64,000 bases of DNA, taken from positions 24,490,001-24,554,000 of the forward strand of contig NC_135658.1 of NCBI RefSeq assembly GCF_964188315.1, written 5' to 3'. The notes under the pieces are model-generated. The model was not told the DNA's origin and did no database searches. It saw nothing but the letters and a program-made list of their open reading frames with translations. Source of the DNA: Podarcis muralis (Eukaryota). Shown piece by piece: positions 10,895-21,814 of the stretch. A program made the translations under genes and the position numbers. Numbering within the stretch: the first letter of the stretch is position 1; every line of letters begins with the position of its first letter.

Positions 10895-11096
10895 TGTTGT
10901 TTAGTCGTGTCCAACTCTTCGTGACCCCATGGACCAGAGCACGCCAGGCACCTCTGTCCTCCACTACCTCCCGCAGTTTGGTCAAACTCATGCTGGTAAC
11001 CTCGAAAACACTATCCAACCATCTCGTCCTCTGTCGCCCCCTTCTCCTTTTGCCCTCCATCTTTCCCAGCATCAGTGTCTTCTCCAGGGAGTCCTC
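10895..11096 (-). mobile_element. 5'-truncated Bov-B (RTE) LINE
   Basis: Encodes LGKMEGKRRRGRQRTRWLDSV...LREVVEDRGAWRALVHGVTKS (Bov-B ORF end); (CAA)n tail; 10-bp TSD tcaatatggt at 10885-10894 and 11097-11106. Confidence 0.93.
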
Positions 11097-11684
11097 TCAA
11101 TATGGTACATGGAGTCAAATAGTTTCCGTTCAAATTTCCATGAAGTATTCTTCACACTGAAAGTTGAATGACATTTTTCAGCTTTATCCAGCCTGTTAAG
11201 AACAAAAATAACCCCAAACGTTTGCACAATCATCTCTAGCAAGATAGGTATTTGCAAAACGTTTGGTGCAATAAATACACCTTACCTCTAGCTGGCCTTC
11301 TTTCATACATCTGCTGAACTTTACACATTCTCGCCCCCACCCCAACCCCCAGTATCTGCTTTTTAAATGTACATGCACAAACTTCAACCATTTCCAATCA
11401 TATCAAAGTAGGGGGTTGAGTGCTTACTTATTTAGAAGTGCAACAATGTTACCCATGTAAATAGATGAAACTACCGTATTTTTCGCACCATAGGACGCAC
11501 TTTTTCCCTCCTAAAAAGCAAGGGAAAATGTGTGTGCGTCCTATGGAGCGAATGCAGGCTTTCGCTGAAGCCTGGAGAGTGAGAGGGGTCGGTGCGCACC
11601 GACCCCTCTCGCTCTCCAGGCTTCAGGAAGCTATCCGCTAGCCGTGGGAGACCCAGCTCTCCCACGGCTAGCGGAGCGCTGCAT

Positions 11685-11986
11685 TAATCCCTAAGCTTGG
11701 GGCGTGCGGAGCTCAGCGCGCCCCAAGCTTCTGGGTGCCGGCAAGGTCTCCGCTAGCCCTGGGAGAGCCCCGCGACGTCGCGCGGCTCTCCCAGGGCTAG
11801 CGGACCATTGCGCTAATCCCGAAGCTTGGGGCGTGCGGAGCTCAGTGCGCCCCAAGCTTCTGGGTGCCGGCAAAGTCTCCGCTAGCCCTGGGAGAGCCCC
11901 GCGATGTTGCGCGGCTCTCCCAGGGCTAGTGGACCACTGCGCTAATCCCGAAGCTTGGGGCGTGCGGAGCTCGGCGCGCCCCAAGC
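11685..11986. repeat. 129-bp tandem repeat, about 2.3 copies, inside the transposon
   Basis: Unit starts (taatccc) at 11685, 11814 and 11943; each full unit has a 12-bp and a 21-bp perfect stem. Confidence 0.9.
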
Positions 11987-12001
11987 GCTAGCCGTGTCTA
12001 G

Positions 12002-12290
12002 GCTGCGGATAGCAGCCTGCTTCCCGGAGCGTCGGGCGCCCTGAAAGCAGAGCTCCCGGCGCTTTGGGAACACATCCGCAGCGTGGGGAGCCTTGCAGGA
12101 GTTCCCCGCAGGGCTCCCCACGCTGCGGATAGCAGCCTGCCTCCCGGAGCGTCGGGCGCCCTAAAAGCAGAGCGCCTGGCATTTCGGGAACACATCCGCA
12201 GCGTGGGGAGCCTTGCAGGAGTTCCCCGCAGGGCTCCCCACGCTGCGGATAGCAGCCTGCCGCCCGGCGGGTGGGGCGCCCTGAAGCAGG
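12002..12290. repeat. 120-bp tandem repeat, about 2.3 copies, inside the transposon
   Basis: Unit starts (gctgcggatagcagcctgc) at 12002, 12122 and 12242; a 19-bp perfect stem spans each unit junction. Confidence 0.9.
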
Positions 12291-12622
12291 GCGCCCCGCG
12301 CGCCAGGCAGACATCAGCCAGCCCCACAAGCTCAGGGGACAGCAGGGAGGCACAGCGCCACTATCCCGCTGTTCCTCGACCTGGTTCGGTTTCCCTGACC
12401 TGCTTTTGGGGGGGGGAATAAAGGGGAAAAAATTTTCCTTTATTTCCCCCCAAAAAAACTAGGTGCGTCCTATGGTCCAGTGCGTCCAATCGTGCGAAAA
12501 ATACGGTACTCAACTAAGTATCCAGAAGTATCTAAAGTTTATAAATTCAGCAAAAATAAAAATTTTCAGTTTAAAGCTTTATTAGCTTTATTGTCTTTAA
12601 ATGTTAAACAGATTCAATCTTC

Positions 12623-12774
12623 TAGAATCGTAAGAGTTCCAGGGTCCCAAGGGTCATCTGGTCCAACCTCCTGCAATGCAGGAATCTCAGCTAAAGCATC
12701 CATGACAGGTGGCCATCCAAACTCTGTTTAAAAACCTCCAAGGAAGGAGAGTCCACAACCTCCCCAAGTAGTCC
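12623..12774 (-). mobile_element. CR1 3'-end fragment
   Basis: Reverse complement of the family seen at 4905-5006 (ctgcaatgcaggaatctcagctaaagcatccatgac). Confidence 0.8.
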
Positions 12775-12827
12775 ACAAGACGATAGAACAATAAAATCAA
12801 GATAAAAATTACAACTCTATTTTAAAA

Positions 12828-12984
12828 CAGTGGTTCCCAATTGGTGGTCTGCAGCCTCCCCCCGGATCTGTGGCACCATTCACATAACAAAAAACTACCA
12901 CAGGTATCAAAATTTTCAAAAGTAAGGGGTCCATGGCTTTAAAAAACAGGGAGTCTACAGTACTTAGCTAATTGTGAACCACTG
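12828..12984. mobile_element. hAT-Charlie (MER5-like) MITE
   Basis: TIR CAGTGGTTC/GAACCACTG; 8-bp TSD ttttaaaa/ctttaaaa. Confidence 0.8.
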
Positions 12985-13066
12985 CTTTAAAACACAAGAT
13001 TTAAAATACAAAACAGATTTTAAACACTACACACCATGTATCTGTTCATAACTCAAGTGAAAACAT

Positions 13067-13460
13067 AATGCAGCTGCCAGACTGGTGACTGGGAGCAGCC
13101 GCAAGGACCACATAAGTCCTAAGAGACCTACATTGGCTCCCAGGATTTCTGAGAACAATTCAAAGTGTTGGTGCTGACCTTTAAAGACCTAAACAGCCCT
13201 GTAAACCTGAAGGAGCATTTCCTCCATCGTCCAGCCCAGACACTGAGATCCAGATCAGGAGGCCTTCTGGCGGTTCCCTCACAGAGAAGGGATGCTACAG
13301 AGGACCTTCTTGGCAGTGGCGCCCACCCAAGGGAATGCCCTCCCACCAGATGTTAAACAGATAAACATCTACAAAACTTTCTGAAGGCAGTCCTGTAATG
13401 GGATGTTTTTAATGTTTGATATTTTCTGTGCTTTTATTATGTTGGAAACCGCTCAGAATG
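13067..13460 (+). mobile_element. L2 LINE 3' fragment
   Basis: Degraded ORF2 end (NAAARLVTG...LHWLP...FKVLVLTFKDLN...LRS) followed by a T-rich 3' UTR. Confidence 0.8.
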
Positions 13461-16400
13461 CATTATTATTTATTGGTTTCATTTTAAATCTGTTAACAGT
13501 CTTACAATTTTTTCATCACATAGCACTCATGCTTGCACTATTAAGTCATGAGTTACATGGAATCCACACAGCACTTGTTATTCTATAAAGAAGAGCAGGT
13601 TCTATATCACAAGCACCCATTGACTGTCCAAGCACATCACAAAGAATACCCACACTCTAAATTTAAATGTCATTCTTGTTTTATCTCTGGCAGCTTTAAG
13701 CTACTTACCCTCCTCAAATAATTCCTTCTTTTGTATTCCCGACTACCTCTGGTACAGTAGTTGATTGCTTGCAACTCCACATAGTATAACTGTCCCAAAA
13801 TATACCTTGCGTACATTCACTAGGAAACAAGAAACACACAAATCAATAGCACTTCTTCATACTGATTGGAATACAGAGCCTAGAAACAGTGGGTTGACTT
13901 CAATTGTGGCTTTTCCTTTGCAGCAACCACAAGAGTCTAGATATAGAATTTTGGTTGTGTTCCATTATTCCATTCTGCTATGGATCAGCCTTTGGGAAGG
14001 AAAATTACAGGCAAAACAACAAAACTGGGTACCCCAATTTGCATAAGCAGAATTGCTTTCTGTTCTAACTAAGGCAAAACCACTGGATACAACCCAGAAC
14101 TGCAAATTACATGACAGCAGATCTGTTTTACATATGATAAATTCACGGTAATAAACTTGAAGTTTGCCAATCTAATATTAATGCTAAAGCATAAAGGGAG
14201 AGCAAATAGCAGCATCAAGAACATTCATGTTTCTTCAAGCAGTCATGCCATCATCCCCTGAAAGAAGTCATAGAACACCCAAAGTTCATAGGTCCATATT
14301 GAGATCAATGTGCATCTGCCCCTCTCAGTTTCTACAGGCCCACAGCTCATCACAGCATAATCTACCCATTAGAGATCAAAAACAGAAAGATATCTTCAGA
14401 CATGGGTCTTGAAAACCCTTTGAAATTTTCCTCTCCCCTTCTTTACAAAAATGTAAAACAATCAGAAATAAGTCATCATGAATCTGGAAACCCAAAGAAG
14501 ACTGGGGAATGGTGGAAGAAAGATACCTGAAACTGAAGAAAGGATTCAACTTCCTCTGCTATATTCCTTGGACAAAGCACTCATGAAGTACATCTTCAAC
14601 TGCACTTCAGCATCATAACCATTTCCTAGAAGAAGAAAAACAATTAAAGCTTATTAAATGATCATCTACTCTTAATTTGGCATGTCAGAGTGTTTCCCTG
14701 CATCAGGGACATTCATCAAAAGGGACAGTTCACATGGTGCTACACGGTACCCCATTTAATAAAGATGATGCGATGAGACCTCCCTCCTTTAGTTATATCA
14801 ATGCATCAGATTGGAGTCCCATTTTATATCTACGTTTGTTCCACTAAGGTTGCTCAGGAACTTAGCACATGCTATAGGGGGTATAGGTAATTCTTCACTC
14901 CCTCCCAGCCAGAGAGGGCAATGAGAGGCAGAGAAATTTCCTCTACAGTTTTCAGAACATCCTTCCATGACAGTTTATCAGGCTAATGCACCCCTAGTAA
15001 CTAGGGCTTTCCTTCCGCAAGTGGCTGGCAATGCTCTTCTCTCTAGAAACACATATGAAAAGACTGATGTGCCTCACATTTCCTGCTGAGGAACATTCAA
15101 CAATGGGTGTGACTTTGTAAAGACAAGTAGTAAGGCAAAAATATTAATGTTTCTGGGAATGTGGTGGCCGCAAAGAGGGCATAGCTAAAGCCAATTCATA
15201 ACCATCCATTATTTTAACTAAATATGCTCAAATGGAAGAAGCCAAACAATTTCATCCATTGCAGAATCCACTAATTTAGTTAACTGATCCTCTACTTCTG
15301 GTCTATGTCTGCAGCAGGCCAATCCGTGTTGGAAATGGAAGGTGAAATCTAAAAGGTCAGGGTAGTGACAGAAGGTTCAGATCCTGAATAGGGTTTCAGG
15401 CACCAGGAGGTGGGACACTGCCCATACCCAGGGTCTAGTAGAAGTAGAATTAGATGCAGCATGCAAATTTAAACCCATTTCTATGTGTACTTAAACATAT
15501 ATAAGGCCATTGAATCCAGTTTTGCAAAACACAAGTAACATTTTGCGGTGGTCTTTTTAAGTAGCCAAGTACACCCAGCCCCAGATCAAAGAGCACATTT
15601 CTTTCATCGTGTCTCCAAGGTGATATTTCTACAATCAACACTTCTTCATTTACTCAGCTACATATCATGAAATCTGGTGGTGTCATATCCAGAAAGCTAT
15701 AAAGTCTAACTGTTGAGAAAGTGCTTGCTCATTTTAGTTTCTCAGAATGGTGTTAGACTTTGGTCAAATATTGTCAAATAACAATCACACATGTTAAGTA
15801 TTAATTTTAAGAGACTATACATATAAACACACTTATTTTCAAAAATATATACTTTGGCTAATAAAAAAACTATTAGTTAACAGATTATGAAACAATTAAA
15901 ACTCACTTTTTAGAAGAAATCTTAATGAATTATAATATTTAACAATATTATTTAAGAATTCTTACAAATGTGGTCATTTCACTGGACAGGTCTACTCTGG
16001 CTTTTATCCTGGGAACACTAGTGTAAGCCTATAATCACAAGATTTTAAAAAAATCAATTCAAAACAAAGTGAACTAAGAGCAAAACACAAGCCAGTTTTT
16101 AAACTGTTGTGGAAAGTAGAAAACATGTCAATGCTTTACTCAGTATCACTTTCAGTTGGCTCTGTACCTCCATCAGCGTCAAAGTCCCAAGCAGCAATGG
16201 TAAGCACCCCCAGTGCCTGTCACTACTAATCAATGGCAGCATAATAAAAGAAAAGCTTCCACCTAAATAGAAGCATTCTTGACTCCATGTAACATTTGAC
16301 AATATTTGATCAAATCGGCAGCCAACTGGCAGGGCTTGACTGGTCAAACTGACCAACACGCCAACCCTAAGGCACTTCCTGACCACATTAACAGGCTTCC

Positions 16401-17538
16401 AAACACGAGTTAATCCAGGGTTTCAATCTCATATTCCAAAGCATTGCAGCTTAGCCAAATACACCCAGACAGCCTAGCAAAAGGACATATTATCCTTCTT
16501 GATCTGGTGCTGCGACCAAACTCCATCACCAACAGTACTGCGCAGTTTTTTTTCAGTGTGTTTGTGGCATGGAGGAGGGTATTGGTCCTTCCAACAGCTA
16601 TAACTCGGAAAATCCTTTCAAGTGACCGTACCTCTCCGGCACCTGCATAATGTTCTTCAGGTGACTTGGAGCTTTTATGCACATGCAAGCTGAAAGTAAG
16701 GAAGGTGCAAGTTTCTACCCCACTTGCAGCAGTCCTGGATGTGCTTCAGTTGCATATAGGATTGCGACTCCTGACATTTAGGGTAAGCAGCTGCCCAGTG
16801 CAGAATTCTGTACATTGACTTGCTGGCAACAGATACCTATGCATTCTTCCCTTAATAAACTTCGAAAGGAGATTTTACAATCAACAGGCTTTCTCCATCT
16901 TGTAGTCAGAACATTTCCCATCTTTTCAAACATTTGAGACTATCTAAACTTTTTCTTGGCTCGTGATTTTACTGTTTACAGCCTTTAATCTGCAGCAGTT
17001 GTACCTAAATCCTTGCCAGCCAATATAGAGTAGACTTATTTCTCAACTCTTGGGTAAAATGCTTGTCTTACTGAAATCTTAAGTGAAATTTGGCTGTTCA
17101 TATTGGTGCCATGATGCTACATTCTTGACACATTTGTAATTTGGGGAAAAGTAAAAAATTGCAATGTTACATACTAGTGTTTTTCTTACAATATTTGGAA
17201 CTTACCATTAAAAAAATTATCACTGCCTACCATGATCTCTGGTGCAGAGTAAGAGGCTAGAGCAAGCCCCTGTACACATCTTGCATCAGTCACAAATTCA
17301 CTGAAGGTACCACCTAGCTGTGAGTCCTCCAAGACCCAGTTTCTGCTGGCTGGCACATTTCCACTTGACTTGAGATGGCAGGGTCCTGACTGACTCCAAC
17401 CCAAAGACTGCTCCTGCTGCTCCATGTGCACTAAGACAATCAGGGTGAGGTCTAGTTTAGGAGGTTGTTGCTGAGGGGAACAGTTTGTCTCATATTTACA
17501 ATGCTAAATCCTATCTTAACTTATTAATGGATTGTTTA

Positions 17539-17689
17539 CCGTATTTTTCTGTGTATAAGATGCCCCCTTTTTGGGGGTACTCAAATTTAACAAAATTTGC
17601 ACTATGCACTCTCCATGTATAAGACGACCCCCACTTTTTAACATAATTTTTAAAGGAAAAAACCTAGTCTTACACACGGAAAAGTACAG
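17539..17689. mobile_element. Tc2/pogo-type MITE, 151 bp
   Basis: TA|ccgtatttttctgtgtataagatg...gtcttacacacggaaaagtacag|TA. Confidence 0.75.
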
Positions 17690-17724
17690 TATATTTGAGA
17701 CGTTTTGATTAGCCTATTAACTTT

Positions 17725-18281
17725 ATAGAACCACAGATTTCCACAGGTGGCAGGGACCTCAGGGGTCATCTATTCCAACCCTCTGCAATGCAGGAATCTC
17801 AACTAAAGAATCTATGATTCTGCTTAAAAACCTCCAAGGAAGGACAGTCCACAACCTCCTGGGGAAGTCCATTTCCACTGTCAAACAGACCTTATTGTTA
17901 GAAAGTACTGTTGGAATCTCTTCTCTTAACTTTGAAGTCATTGGTTCAGGTCCTACCTTCCAATGCAGGAGAAAACAAGCTTGTTCCATTCTCCATGTGA
18001 CCTTTAGATATTTAAAATCATAGAATTGCAGAGTTGGAAAGGACCATGTGAGAGCTTATCCAACCACCTGCAGTGCAGGAATCTTTTGCCCAATGTGGGG
18101 CTCGAACCCATGACCCCAACTGAGCCAATTTGAAGGTGGCTACTGAATTTCCTCTCCTCTTTTCCAGGCTAAACACACCCAACTCCCTCAACTGCTCCTC
18201 ATAAAACTTAGTTTCTAGACCCTTGGATCATCTTGGTTGCCCTCCTCTGCACACGTTCCAGCTTGTCAATATCCTCCTTTG
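17725..18281 (-). mobile_element. CR1 3' fragment interrupted by a SINE at about 18017-18128
   Basis: CR1 3' end at 17725, continuing to the ORF2 C-terminus (DIDKLERVQRRATKMI-like at 18225-18280). Confidence 0.85.
18017..18128 (-). mobile_element. tRNA-Lys-derived SINE with a CR1 tail, internally deleted
   Basis: Reverse complement gctcagttg/gggtcatgggttcgagccccacattgggc matches the 5' and 3' parts of tRNA-Lys(CUU), joined to a CR1 3' end; flanks atttaaa/atttgaa. Confidence 0.75.
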
Positions 18282-18564
18282 TATGGTTATTTAAATTTTG
18301 TTATGTTCTTTAAGCTCATTATCGCAAGATGTAATTTTTAGATATATACATTGTTTGATCTTTTGAGCCACTAGAAGAATGTTTTGCTCCCGGTCGCAGA
18401 AGTAAAAGCATCATAAACGATGGCCTTACACCAGATAATCCTCTTAAAACCTCAACAGCCCACCTGCAATATGTGGATAATACTGACCGAACAAGGTTTT
18501 GATAAAATTGTTGAGAAACTTTAGAAGTGTTGTGAACTCAGTACTGCTCAGTAATGTGGATCAG

Positions 18565-18965
18565 TATAATTTCCCCAATCAGAACTAAATTGTCATGTTC
18601 ACTTTATCCCCCAAAAGTTTGGCAAGATGTTTATTCCTTCCTTAGGTATAGCAATGATGCTGAAATCAAGATCGACTCCTGGAATTGAAGCTTTTCAATA
18701 TCAACTTATATTCGCTTTATCAATCCATTAAAATGATTACCTTTTATGTGCAGTATTTCAAGCAACTTTGTAGCCCCATTATGTCCTTTCCAATCCGTAT
18801 TTCTCAAGTTTATTTAGGAAGATGTCATGTGTGAGTAAGTCAAAAGTTTTGCTGAAAGAGAGATATATAGTCTGTTGACGGTATTCCCTTTTAAACTAAA
18901 CCAGGGTTGCTGCTTTTAATCAAGAATTGGAATTGGATAGGTTTGTAAAAGCATTGCTGCTTCTC
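18565..18965 (-). mobile_element. Old CR1 reverse-transcriptase fragment
   Basis: Minus strand 18868-18839 reads IYLSFSKTFD (CR1 motif YLDFSKAFD); the flanks are frameshifted. Confidence 0.7.
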
Positions 18966-19102
18966 ATTTTTTTCAGCTCCCCTCAACCCGAATCCTAATA
19001 GCTACTTTAATTTTACAATTGGGTAATAGTTTTAAAACGAATGCTTGCACTAAAATCCAAAAAAGGTATAACTCACATTACAGTCACATTTTTATAACAC
19101 CC

Positions 19103-19160
19103 ACTGAAGAGTCTTATATTCAGACTGAAGAGTCTTATATAACAGACTGAAGAGTCTGTT
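19103..19160. repeat. Local 21-22-bp triplication ending in a hairpin
   Basis: actgaagagtct occurs three times; AACAGACT-gaag-AGTCTGTT at 19141-19160. Confidence 0.85.
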
Positions 19161-21603
19161 TAGCTTTGTATGTATAATGAATGGTGCAGAATATAGTTTG
19201 CTTGATCTCAACTCAGAAAACTAAAACTAGAAGTACACCATCCCATCCACCACTTTCCCGCTGGTATTTTCGCCATTGATCATATATATATGTAGGAACA
19301 GAGCAGCCTGCACAATAAGCAAGCATTTGCTCTGAATAGTGAGCAAGGCACAATGGCCTGCCCTTGCGGACAGATCATCTCACTTTGGATATGGGGAATG
19401 ATAATGAGCAACAGGTAGATAGGTTGTCCCCAGATGGAATGAAAAATCGTGCTGAAGTAAGCCTACCACACATTAAATGCACAACAATGTGAAACAGCCT
19501 TTGCAAATTGCCAAAAATCTGAGAAAATTTAATCCCATTTTTCATTACATTTGGTGTTGTTTTATTCTTTGAAAGCCACGTATTGCTGAAAGGTGGCCTA
19601 AATCTCTTTCAAAAAACTAAGTTACCCCAAACACGCAATGCCAGTTTTAAGGGATACACTATCAGACAACCTTCCCTTTTCTGTGCAATTGGCTTCATTA
19701 TGCAATATCTTCCCTACCAACCTGCCAGTTCTTTGCCCGCTCCCCACCCAAAGGCACTTAGTAATTGCATGGAAATGTATCAATTGTTTTGTTACACATA
19801 TCTGCCCCAGTGTGAATTGTGCTCCATGCAATTACAGAATACACACTGCATCGCTAAGCCAGAACAGATTGCAGAAGTACATTGATCAGGAGTTTCCAAC
19901 TTTGGGAGGGCTTGAGGGCTCATTTGAAAACTAGAGGAAATGGTCATGGGCACCATACACAGCAAAACCTTATACACTGGTTACAATGGAGCGCTTCTGT
20001 CAAACCAGAGGGGAGGGAGAGTAAAGCACCTTGTAGGCACCAAGGCAGGCCAGGGGGTGGGCAGGGATGTGTGCTTGTGGGTTCAGTATTGGCAACCCCT
20101 GACATTTATAGCCCCTCCTAAAATGACAAGTAGTGAGAATATAAATTTCTGTGTTAAAGGTATATTATACTTATAGTGTCTGTAGACACCATGGTGCCCT
20201 TAGGAACTGTGCCCCTACCATTTTAAAAAATAAAGTTTTGATTAGGTTGGGTGTAGCCTGTTTTTTCCAGGGGATGTTGCCTGCTTTTTCAGGTGTGTAG
20301 GCGGTTTGCTTTGTTTCAGGTTGTGCTTTGAGTATCACCAGTTTTTCTTATGTGAAATGGGTATCACATGCTACCTGCCATCTGTTTCTTATGCCTGCTG
20401 GCCCAAAAAGCTTGAGGAAGTTCTCGTTTTTAAACACAATATTGGTATATTTTTGATCTTCTAAACATTCTATCTCCGTTGTTCTTTAAAAGGTTTTCTG
20501 AAACAAATTTTGAATGCTTCTGTACTCAGTAAAAAGCTAACTAAGTTACAATTCTGATTTGTCCAGTGTGTAAATATGTTTGATATACCATCAAGGAAGG
20601 GAAGGTTTAAGCCTCTATCTTTCTGGTCATTTCTGCCGGCCTCACACTCTGAACTTTCAGTATGAATGTATATTCATATACTTATCAACAGATTACCTTC
20701 TAAGGCATTTAAGAAGCTAAAATCCAAGCCTCTTGTGATTTACATATTTAATGCTTTGGACTTAGCTATGTCCTAATACAACAAAATCCTCAATTTAGGC
20801 TGTAATCCCCCTTCTACTGTCTATTTTCCCTAATAAATTACAGCGAGACAGAAGTATACACGGAAGTGGTGATACACCAGACTTTAAGAGAGGAGTTTCT
20901 TTATGCAAAGCTCTTTCAGTATCAGGCCCCTATCTTTAATTCACAAGATTTCAGTGAAAAAAGTCACTCTACCTTCAATACTATCTAAAAAGGGCTTCTT
21001 GATTTTCATATTTTCTCTCATCCCTCATTTTAGTTTCAGTACTATTAACATTTTAGAAAAAAATGACTCCTTTATATTTGTCTCAAAATACTCAATTAAA
21101 TGTTTTTAATTTCAGAACCCACCCACTTCAATATTATAAAAATTGCAAAAAAATTACCTAACACAATAGTTGATCAGAAAAGGACGTTCCACTGCTGTGG
21201 ACTCAATGGCCAGGAGTAGGAATTGCTTTACAATCAGAGCATGTCCACTATCGTCCACAGAGAAATGGGGGGAAATCCACTTCTGAGAAGAAATGTACGT
21301 TGCCTGTCTTAGTTATTTTGGGGGGGGGACACATAAGTAAAAACAAACAAACCAAGATAAAAGTTATCCTAGATGTGCAACCACAGACTGTACACTGGTT
21401 TAACCTGACAAACAGTAACAGATAACAGCATTCACTGTAGGTGTGTAGGTAAAACCACATACTTTTTCAAATTTACCTCATGGGTAACCGCCACCACAAG
21501 TGACAGAGAGAGCATAGGTTTCAAGCAACTGGGCAATGGCAACAGTGTCAGGCATTTATTTCTCCTTGACTGTGCTGCTGCATTGTTTGTCAGCCCAGAA
21601 ATT

Positions 21604-21606
<3 letters not shown>

Positions 21607-21636
<30 letters not shown>
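21607..21636. repeat. (AC)15 microsatellite
   Basis: Direct read. Confidence 0.95.
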
Positions 21637-21638
<2 letters not shown>

Positions 21639-21814
21639 CTCAGTAAATGGGAAGGGCCCACATGTGTATATACAAAAGAGTACACTAGACTGGTACTATT
21701 TAATTCTTTTAGACTTCCTGTGGGTTACAGCTGACAGGAAGGCTGACCACCACCGAAGCATACAGAACTGTCTTCCATTTTGAATAGTTATCCTTCAGGA
21801 TCAAATTCTACATA

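Larger units (their letters stand above)
11474..12506. mobile_element. Non-autonomous Tc2/pogo-type DNA transposon, 1033 bp, GC/CpG-rich, with internal hairpins and tandem repeats
   Basis: 27-bp TIRs ccgtatttttcgcaccataggacgcac (2 mismatches), TA on both flanks; no transposase ORF. Confidence 0.92.

Noticed and set aside
10698-11072. 124-aa ORF as a host gene
   Set aside because: It is the C-terminus of a truncated Bov-B ORF reading into flanking DNA.
11685-12290. CRISPR-like or REP-like array
   Set aside because: Units are contiguous with no unique spacers, there are no cas genes, and the context is vertebrate.
11474-12400. CpG island suggesting a promoter
   Set aside because: It lies wholly within TIRs and TA TSDs, downstream of both genes' main 3' ends; no evidence of a transcription start.
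11471-12462. Cluster of overlapping 60-120 aa ORFs on both strands
   Set aside because: By-product of GC-rich tandem repeats with few stop codons; the peptides repeat with the DNA units and show no transposase motifs.
18085-18126. tRNA-Lys gene
   Set aside because: D and anticodon arms are missing and it is fused to a CR1 tail; it is a SINE head. The other tRNA-like heads are also SINEs.
20697-20772. Minus-strand AG...GT exon-like segment (similar ones near 21479, 23598 and 27841)
   Set aside because: Only moderate splice signals; pseudo-exons of this quality are common in AT-rich DNA.
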